Below are positions 57,259 through 64,000 of a stretch of DNA of 64,000 nucleotides, one piece after another. Source of the DNA: an uncultured Gemmatimonadales bacterium. GTDB lineage: Bacteria > Gemmatimonadota > Gemmatimonadetes > Gemmatimonadales > Gemmatimonadaceae. The stretch spans positions 64,001 through 128,000 of the forward strand of contig CAWKNZ010000006.1 of assembly GCA_963851265.1 (NCBI GenBank), in the 5' to 3' direction. The notes under the pieces were generated by a model. It ran no database searches. It was given only the letters and a program-made list of their open reading frames with translations, and was not told the DNA's origin. Each line of letters starts with the position of its first letter. Within the stretch, counting starts at the first letter, position 1. The translations under genes were made by a program, and so were the position numbers.

Positions 57259-57260
57259 CC

Positions 57261-57731
57261 GTGTCCCCAACAATCGCCAACGACGCCCCGCCGCTCCTCG
57301 TCGTCGAGGACAGCGAGGAGGACTACACCGCGCTCCGCTGGGCGCTACGCAAGGTCGGGATCGACCGCCGGGTGCTGCGCTGCGCGAGTGGCGTCGAGGT
57401 GCTCGATTACCTGCGCCATACTGGCGCATACGCCGGCGAACGTGCGGCGTACGCGCCTGTCCCCGCCCTCATCCTCCTCGACCTGAACCTCGGCGCCGAC
57501 AACGGGCGTGACGTGCTCGCCGCCCTCAAGGCCGACGCGGCGCTGCGCCGCATCCCGGTGGTCGTGTGGACCACGTCCGCGCACCCCGACGACGTCGCCC
57601 AGTGCTACGAACGCGGCGCGAGCGGCTACGCGACCAAGCCGGTCGACGTCGACCAGCTCGTCGAATCGCTGCGGAACGTCACGCGCTACTGGTTCGGGTG
57701 CGTGATCCTGCCCTCGCACGCGCACCCGTGA
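57261..57731 (+). CDS. Single-domain phytochrome response regulator (Rcp1/BphR-like)
   Basis: VEDSEED, LLDLNL, TTS, KP, YWF C-terminus. Confidence 0.88.
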   Translation: MSPTIANDAPPLLVVEDSEEDYTALRWALRKVGIDRRVLRCASGVEVLDYLRHTGAYAGERAAYAPVPALILLDLNLGADNGRDVLAALKADAALRRIPVVVWTTSAHPDDVAQCYERGASGYATKPVDVDQLVESLRNVTRYWFGCVILPSHAHP

Positions 57732-59515
57732 CCAGGTCCGACGCGTCACGCACCGTGCTCGTCGTCGACGACTCGCCGGAGGACGCCGAGATCGTCCGCC
57801 GCCATCTCCGTCGGGCCACCGATCGCGCGTACGTCGTCCGGCACGTGCAACTCGCCGCGGACGCGCTCGCCGCCATCCGTGACACCGCCACCCGGCCGGA
57901 CGTCGTCCTGCTCGACCACAGCCTGCCCGACATGACGGGGCTCGAGCTGCTCGACCTGCTCGCGGGCGAACCGGGGGGTACGCCGGTACCGGTCGTCATG
58001 CTCACGGGCACCCACGCCCAGGTCGACACCGCCGTGTCGGCCATGCAGCGTGGGGCGCTCGACTACCTGGCGAAGGACGCGCTCAACGCCGACGCGCTGC
58101 GGCGCGCGATCGACGGCGCGCTCGACCGCTTTGCGAGTTCCCGCCTCGTGGCGTCGCAGCGCGACGAACTCGAGCGCCGCCACCGCGCGCTCGACGCGGC
58201 CACGGCGCGCACCTCGCGCCTGCTCGCCATCGTCACCGCCCTCGGCGGTGCCCTCACGCCCGACGACGTCGCACAGACGATCCTCGACGAGGTGATGCCG
58301 GCCGTGGGTGCCATGATGGGGATGATGGTCCTCGTCCGCGCCCCTGCCGACCCCGCAGGGGACGGCGAACGCGCGTCGTCGCCGACGCTGGAACTCGTGC
58401 GGAGCGTGGGCCTGCCCGCTGACGCGCGGGACCTCTGGCGCCGCATCGCGCGCGACGCCGACCTGCCGCTGACACACGCCGTCCGGACCGGCGAGCCCGT
58501 CTGGGTGGCTTCGGTCGCCGACGCCGTCCCGGGCTCCGACGCGGTCGCCGGCCTCCGCGCGGCGGTCGGCTACCGTGCCGCGGCCGTGCTGCCGCTCCTC
58601 GTCGAGGACCGGGCCGTGGGCGCGGTCGCGCTCGGCTTCCCCGAGGTGCGCGCGTTCGGCGCACAGGAGCAGGCGTTCCTGCTCACCGTCGCGCGGCAGT
58701 GCGCGCAGGCGCTGGAGCGCGCGCGCCTCTACGCGGCCGAACACGCCGCGCGCGCGGAAGCAGAGGCCGCACGCGCCGACGCCGAGCGCGCCAACCGCGC
58801 CAAGGCGCAGTTCCTCGCCGCGATGAGCCACGAGCTGCGCACACCGCTCAACGCGATCGCCGGCTACGCGGAGCTCATGGAGATGGGCATCCGCGGCCCG
58901 GTCACGGCCGAGCAGCGCGAGGACCTCGCGCGGGTGCGGCGCGCGGGGCAACACCTCCAGTCGCTCATCAACGACATCCTCAACCACGCCCGACTCGAAG
59001 CCGGCACCGTGCGCTACGACCTGCAGACCGTGCTGCTCGACGAGGTCGTCGCAGACGTCGAGGCGCTCGTGTCACCGCAGCTCCGCGCGCGAGCCCTCAC
59101 CTTCTCGCACGACGGCTGCGCCACCGACACGCCCGAACGCCCGCACGCCGTGCGCGCCGACGGCGAGAAGGTCCGGCAGGTGCTGCTCAACCTGATGACC
59201 AACGCGATCAAGTTCACCGCGCCCGGCGGCCGCATCGAACTCGCGTGCGCGATCGATCGCGGGGCGGACGGGCGCCCGACGGTCGTCCGCCTGCGGGTGA
59301 GCGACACCGGGCGCGGCATCGCGTCGGGCGCGCTCACCCAGATCTTCGAGCCCTTCGTGCAGGTGGACCGACACCGCACGCACGAGAGTCAGCAGGGCGT
59401 GGGGCTCGGCCTCGCCATCAGCCGCGACCTGGCGCGCGGCATGGGCGGCGACCTCACGGCCGAGAGCACGCCCGGCGTGGGGTCCGCGTTCACGCTCACC
59501 CTGCCCTCCGCCTAA
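57728..59515 (+). CDS. Hybrid kinase REC-GAF-HisKA-HATPase
   Basis: GTGA overlap; VVDD, LLDHSLPD, DYLAK, a GAF region, MSHELRTPLNAI. Confidence 0.88.
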   Translation: MTRSDASRTVLVVDDSPEDAEIVRRHLRRATDRAYVVRHVQLAADALAAIRDTATRPDVVLLDHSLPDMTGLELLDLLAGEPGGTPVPVVMLTGTHAQVDTAVSAMQRGALDYLAKDALNADALRRAIDGALDRFASSRLVASQRDELERRHRALDAATARTSRLLAIVTALGGALTPDDVAQTILDEVMPAVGAMMGMMVLVRAPADPAGDGERASSPTLELVRSVGLPADARDLWRRIARDADLPLTHAVRTGEPVWVASVADAVPGSDAVAGLRAAVGYRAAAVLPLLVEDRAVGAVALGFPEVRAFGAQEQAFLLTVARQCAQALERARLYAAEHAARAEAEAARADAERANRAKAQFLAAMSHELRTPLNAIAGYAELMEMGIRGPVTAEQREDLARVRRAGQHLQSLINDILNHARLEAGTVRYDLQTVLLDEVVADVEALVSPQLRARALTFSHDGCATDTPERPHAVRADGEKVRQVLLNLMTNAIKFTAPGGRIELACAIDRGADGRPTVVRLRVSDTGRGIASGALTQIFEPFVQVDRHRTHESQQGVGLGLAISRDLARGMGGDLTAESTPGVGSAFTLTLPSA

Positions 59516-59542
59516 CGATCGGCGGCGTCGGGCCGGGCCGCG

Positions 59543-59797
59543 TCACGCCGGCGACGCGGCCGCCCCCGGGGCGCGCTTGCCGCGGCTGAACAGGTCCGCC
59601 AGGATGAAGAACGTCGGCGCCCACAGCCCGATGAAGATCCCGAACCGCTCGGCGTGCGCGCGTTCGACTTCGGTGTCGCCGCGCGCGGCCGCCCACGTCG
59701 CGACGGAGCCGACGATCGACGCCGCGCCGAACACGACGCACGCGGTGCTGAGCTGTTCGAGGGGGGTGCGGGCCGGGACCAGGGACGACGAGGTCAT
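59543..59797 (-). CDS. Small two-TM hypothetical protein
   Basis: Two hydrophobic segments, the second AERFGIFIGLWAPTFFIL. Confidence 0.6.
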   Translation of the reverse strand: MTSSSLVPARTPLEQLSTACVVFGAASIVGSVATWAAARGDTEVERAHAERFGIFIGLWAPTFFILADLFSRGKRAPGAAASPA

Positions 59798-59927
59798 GCG
59801 GACTTCCGGGTTCGAGGATGGCGGCGCGCCGGACGTCCGCGCGCACGCCGGCAAAGCGTGCCCGGACCGCGTTCGTTCCCGACCGCCGCCCGCCCCGGGC
59901 GTGCGCGCCGCCGCCCCGCGCCGGACG

Positions 59928-62192
59928 TTAGGCGGTCGGGCGCGGGGCGGCGAGGAGCTCCGCGAACGCGGCGGCCGGGAGCGGACGCGCGAAGTGGTAT
60001 CCCTGTCCGTACCCGCAGCCGAGCGCGCGGAGCACGTCGGCCTGCGCGGCGCGCTCGACCCCCTCGGCCACCACGCGGAGCCCGAGCGCCGCGCCGAGCG
60101 CGACGATCGCGCGCGTGAGCACCGGGTCGTGCCCGTCGGTCGCGACCCCGTCCACGAAGCTCTTGTCGATCTTGAGCACGTCCACCGGGAAACGCTGCAG
60201 GTAGCTGAGCGAACTGTACCCCGTCCCGAAGTCGTCGACCGCGAGCGTGACGCCCAGCGTCTTCAGCTCGGTGAGGCGCGCGACCGCCGCGTCCGTGTCG
60301 GCGAGCATCGCGGTCTCGGTGATCTCGAGCGTGAGCGCGCCGGCCGGGAGCCCCGCCGCCGCGAGCGCGTCGCGCACCTCGGCGACGATGGACGCGTGGT
60401 GAATCTGCAGCGCGGCGAGGTTGACGCTCACCGACGGCCGCCGCCCGCCGGCCGCCGACTGCCACCGTGCCGCCTCGCGACACGCTTCCTCCAGCACCCA
60501 GCGCCCGATCGAGACGACGAGCCCCGTCTGTTCGGCCACCGGAATGAACTCGATGGGCGGGATCATCCCGCGCACGGGGTGCTGCCAGCGGACGAGTGCT
60601 TCCGCCCCGACGACGTGCCCCGTGTCGAGGTCGACGAGCGGCTGATAGTGCAGCACCAGCTCGCCGCGTTCGGCCGCGCCGCGCAGATCGTTCTCGAGCG
60701 CGCGGCGTTCCTGCGCGCGGTGGTGCATCGCCGGCACGAACAGCTCGTGGCGCCCCTTGCCACCGTGTTTGGCGGCGTACATCGCCACGTCGGCGAAGCG
60801 CAGCAGGTCCTCCGCTGCGAGGTTCGCGTTGGCGTCCTCGGGCGAGGCACCGCCGGCCGCGGCGGCGTCGGAGCCGAGTGCGATCCCGATGCTCGCGACC
60901 GGGCGCAGCTCGGCGCCCTGCACGCACACCGGGGCCGCGAGCGTCGAGGCGACGCGCTCGGCGGCGACCACGGCCTCGCCCGCGTCGTGCACGCCGCGCA
61001 GCAGGATCGCGAACTCGTCGCCGCCGAGGCGCGCGACGGTGTCGGAGCCGCGCGTGGCCCGGAGCAGGCGACTCGCGACTTCGATCAGGAGGACGTCGCC
61101 GGCCGCGTGCCCCAGCGCATCGTTCACCCCCTTGAAGTCGTCGAGGTCGACGTAGAGCACCGCCAGCGACGCCCGGCCGCCCGGGTCGGCCGCGGCGCGC
61201 GCGAGTCGCTCGCGGAAGCGCGTCCGGTTCGGCAGCCCCGTGAGGGCGTCGTGCCGCGCGTCGTGGACGAGTTGCTCCTCCGCCCGCTTGCGGTCCGAGA
61301 TGTCGGTCTGCGACCCCGCCATGCGGACGACCGCGCCCAACGCATCGACGACGCGGACACCGCGCAGGTGCACCCAGCGGTACGCGCCGTCGCGGTGCGC
61401 GATCCGGTACTCGAGTTCGAAGAGGCTGTCCGGCGCCGCTTGCGGCAGCAGCAGCTCGGCGCGTACGCCGGCGGCGTCTTCCGGGTGGATGCGCGCGAGC
61501 CACTCCGACGGCGTCGCGCCGACCTCGTGCTCGGCGTAGCCGATGATGTCCTTCCAGCGCGGCGAGAAGTAGACCGTGTTGGCCGACACGTTCCAGTCCC
61601 ACAGCCCGTCGTGCGCGCCGCGCGCGGTGAGCGCATACCGCGCCTCGCTCGCGGCGAGGTTCCCGGCGACCGTCCGTTCGCGTCGCGCCGTCATGTAGAA
61701 CACGAGCAGGACGGTGCTCAGGTTGCTGATGAAGAGCGCGGGGCTCAGTCGCGGGGCCGGAATCACGGCCGCGACCGCGACGACGCCCGCGACGGTGGCG
61801 ATCCCGTACGCCGCCAGCACGCGCGGGTCCTGGATCACCGCGCCGATCAGCGCGGCGATCATCATCAGCCCGATGTCGTACTCGCCGGCGAACGCGTTGA
61901 GCCGCAGCAGGTTGATCACCCAGACCGTGATCAGGATCAGGACCGCGTACAGCGCGCGACGGAAGCGGCGCCGGTTGGGAAGCTGCCCGAGCGCGACGAG
62001 CATCAGGCAGGCGCCGACGATGCACCACCGGTGCAGCCACGGGTCCACGGCGTTCGGCATGACGCGCGCGTAGACGAACCGGAACGCCACCACCGCGAGG
62101 GCGGCGAGCGCCGCGTAGCGCTGGAGCACCCGCACGTCGTCGGCGGCGGCGTCCGGCGTCGAGGCGCGTTTCGAGACCACGGCCGTCCTCAT
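59928..62192 (-). CDS. Membrane-anchored PAS-GGDEF-EAL protein
   Basis: About five TM helices, GLWDW..IHPED PAS, intact GGDEF, EAL and DDFGTGYSS motifs. Confidence 0.92.
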   Translation of the reverse strand: MRTAVVSKRASTPDAAADDVRVLQRYAALAALAVVAFRFVYARVMPNAVDPWLHRWCIVGACLMLVALGQLPNRRRFRRALYAVLILITVWVINLLRLNAFAGEYDIGLMMIAALIGAVIQDPRVLAAYGIATVAGVVAVAAVIPAPRLSPALFISNLSTVLLVFYMTARRERTVAGNLAASEARYALTARGAHDGLWDWNVSANTVYFSPRWKDIIGYAEHEVGATPSEWLARIHPEDAAGVRAELLLPQAAPDSLFELEYRIAHRDGAYRWVHLRGVRVVDALGAVVRMAGSQTDISDRKRAEEQLVHDARHDALTGLPNRTRFRERLARAAADPGGRASLAVLYVDLDDFKGVNDALGHAAGDVLLIEVASRLLRATRGSDTVARLGGDEFAILLRGVHDAGEAVVAAERVASTLAAPVCVQGAELRPVASIGIALGSDAAAAGGASPEDANANLAAEDLLRFADVAMYAAKHGGKGRHELFVPAMHHRAQERRALENDLRGAAERGELVLHYQPLVDLDTGHVVGAEALVRWQHPVRGMIPPIEFIPVAEQTGLVVSIGRWVLEEACREAARWQSAAGGRRPSVSVNLAALQIHHASIVAEVRDALAAAGLPAGALTLEITETAMLADTDAAVARLTELKTLGVTLAVDDFGTGYSSLSYLQRFPVDVLKIDKSFVDGVATDGHDPVLTRAIVALGAALGLRVVAEGVERAAQADVLRALGCGYGQGYHFARPLPAAAFAELLAAPRPTA

Positions 62193-62434
62193 GTGCGCGC
62201 CGTCCGGCTGCGCGCGGCCGCTCGCAGGCGAACGCACGTCGCGGCGGACCGCTCGGCGCGGCGCACCTCGCGGAACGACGTCACGGACAGCATGGCGAGG
62301 AGACGAGTGGACGGGAGGGGCGCGGGGATCGCGCGGGGGTAGTGCCGTGTGGACGATCGAATGACGTGAATGCCACACGCCCGCGCGCCTGGGCGCCCCC
62401 GCCGCGCGCCCAGCCGGCGCGCCGCTTGGGTGCG

Positions 62435-64000
62435 TTACGCCGGCGCGCCCGCCGTGGGGGCCTCCTCCGAACCCTCGCCCGCGGCCCGGCCGGCAGCAGC
62501 GTGCGACCCGGGCCCGGGCGTCCCCGTCGTCACCCCCCACCGCCAGTCGCGGATCTCGGGCATGTCCTCGCCGCGCTCGGTCACGTACGCGCGGTGTGCG
62601 GCGAGCCGGTCGTGGCAGTATGCGGCGAGCGCCTCGCCCTCGGGCGACGTCGCCAGGTCCGGCACCCGCGCGATTACGTCGAGCGTGAGGTGAAAGCGGT
62701 CGATGTCGTTCAGCACGGTCATGTCGAACGGCGTGGTCGTCGTGCCCTCCTCCTTGTAGCCGCGGACGTGCAGGTTGGCGTGGTTGGTGCGCCGGTACGC
62801 GAGCCGGTGGATGAGGTACGGGTAGCCGTGGAACGCGAAGACGACGGGCCGGTCGGTCGTGAACAGCGCGTCGAACACCTCGTCCGTGACTCCGTGCGGG
62901 TGCTCCGTGTGTGGCTGCAGCGTCATCAGGTCGACGACGTTGACGACGCGCGTGCGGAGCCGCGGCAACCGCTCGCGGAGGAGCTGCGCGCAGGCGAGCA
63001 TCTCGAGCGTCGGCACGTCGCCGGCGCACGCGAGCACGACGTCGGGGTCGAGGTCTCCCGTCGTCCCGGCCCACTCCCACGACCCCAGCCCGGCGCGGCA
63101 GTGCTCGACCGCGGCGTCCATCGCGAGCCACTGCGGCGCGGGCTGCTTGCCCGCGACCACCACGTTGACGTAGCTGCGGCTCCGCAGGCAGTGGTCGGCC
63201 ACCGAGAGGAGCGTGTTCGCGTCGGGCGGCAGGTAGATGCGCACCACGTCGGCCTTCTTGTTCGCGATGTGGTCCAGAAAGCCCGGGTCCTGGTGGCTGA
63301 ACCCGTTGTGGTCCTGCCGCCAGACGTGCGACGTGAGCAGGTAGGTGAGCGACGGGACGGGCGCGCGCCACGGAATCCCGCGCGTCGTCTTGAGCCACTT
63401 GGCGTGCTGGTTGACCATCGAGTCGACGATGTGCACGAACGCCTCGTAGCACGAGAACAGGCCGTGGCGCCCGGTGAGCAGGTAGCCTTCGAGCCAGCCC
63501 TGGCACAGGTGCTCGCTCAGCACCTCCAGCACGCGACCGCCGTGGCCGACGTGCTCGTCGGTCGGCAGCGACGCGGCCTCGAGCTCGCGCCCGGTCACCT
63601 CGAACACCGCGTCCAAACGGTTGGAACTCGTCTCGTCGGGGCCGAAGAGGCGGAACGTTTCGGGGTTGGCGCGCATCACGTCGCGCAGCCAGGTGCCTAA
63701 CACGCGCGTCGCCTCGCCGTCTCGCGCGCCCGGGGCCGGCACGTCCACTCCGTAGTCGCGGAAGTTCGGGAGCGCGAGGTCGCGCGTGAGCAGCCCGCCG
63801 TTGGCGTGCGGGTTCGCGCCCATCCGGCGCGTCCCCTCCGGCGCGAGCGCGGCCAGCTCGGGGACGAGCGCGCCGTTCGCGTCGAACAGCGTCTCGGGCC
63901 GGTAGCTCCGCATCCAAGCCTCGAGCTGCCGCAGGTGCTCGGGTTCGTGCGCGAGGTTCGCGAGCGGTACCTGGTGCGCCCGCCACGTGCCCTCGACCGG
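62435..64000 (-). CDS. xfp: Xylulose-5-phosphate/fructose-6-phosphate phosphoketolase, 5' part outside the window
   Basis: [61 protein letters not shown]. Confidence 0.95.
   Translation of the reverse strand, partial: PVEGTWRAHQVPLANLAHEPEHLRQLEAWMRSYRPETLFDANGALVPELAALAPEGTRRMGANPHANGGLLTRDLALPNFRDYGVDVPAPGARDGEATRVLGTWLRDVMRANPETFRLFGPDETSSNRLDAVFEVTGRELEAASLPTDEHVGHGGRVLEVLSEHLCQGWLEGYLLTGRHGLFSCYEAFVHIVDSMVNQHAKWLKTTRGIPWRAPVPSLTYLLTSHVWRQDHNGFSHQDPGFLDHIANKKADVVRIYLPPDANTLLSVADHCLRSRSYVNVVVAGKQPAPQWLAMDAAVEHCRAGLGSWEWAGTTGDLDPDVVLACAGDVPTLEMLACAQLLRERLPRLRTRVVNVVDLMTLQPHTEHPHGVTDEVFDALFTTDRPVVFAFHGYPYLIHRLAYRRTNHANLHVRGYKEEGTTTTPFDMTVLNDIDRFHLTLDVIARVPDLATSPEGEALAAYCHDRLAAHRAYVTERGEDMPEIRDWRWGVTTGTPGPGSHAAAGRAAGEGSEEAPTAGAPA

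Noticed and set aside
4638..63701. TTAGGC as a telomere-type repeat or eukaryotic contamination
   Set aside because: Copies are dispersed and embedded in frame within bacterial genes, not in tandem arrays.
62193..63986. N-terminal 600 aa of the 1352-aa ORF joined to the GGDEF-EAL protein
   Set aside because: Off-frame overlap with phosphoketolase; the plausible start is ATG 62192.
1..64000. tRNA, rRNA, riboswitches, IS elements, integrases, toxin-antitoxin or defence genes
   Set aside because: None recognisable by eye; a covariance-model and HMM scan would be needed to exclude them.

Overview
Very GC-rich window (roughly 75% by eye) with many spurious antisense ORFs. The gene content (VPS10/BNR proteins, PEP-CTERM proteins, an expanded PAS-histidine-kinase family) suggests a Gemmatimonadota-like bacterium; this is inference only. 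The centre (15.6-22.9 kb) looks like the replication/partition region of a secondary replicon (megaplasmid/chromid). It has rep-parA-parB on the minus strand, two palindromic GTTGTGC-G-GCACAAC parS candidates and a non-coding stretch with four 19-bp repeats in opposed pairs. Three parts are unusual: a Rep with an apparent C-terminal DnaA-domain-I-like module, a convergent ParB paralog lacking the CTPase domain, and a divergent tandem winged-helix protein. The rest is accessory cargo: four histidine kinases, lysR-yeiH, hydrolases, a sulfur cluster (cysG, sulfite reductase, an SsuD-like/APC permease in-frame fusion), two VPS10 and two PEP-CTERM genes around a four-piece duplication scar, hmuTUV, a bphO-bphP-bphR-hybrid kinase operon, a GGDEF-EAL protein and a partial phosphoketolase. 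The non-palindromic octamer YGTTAGGC occurs at least 19 times and forces rare TTA codons into genes. Three small indels in G/C runs or repeats may be sequencing errors. No tRNA, rRNA, CRISPR array, transposase or integrase was recognised.
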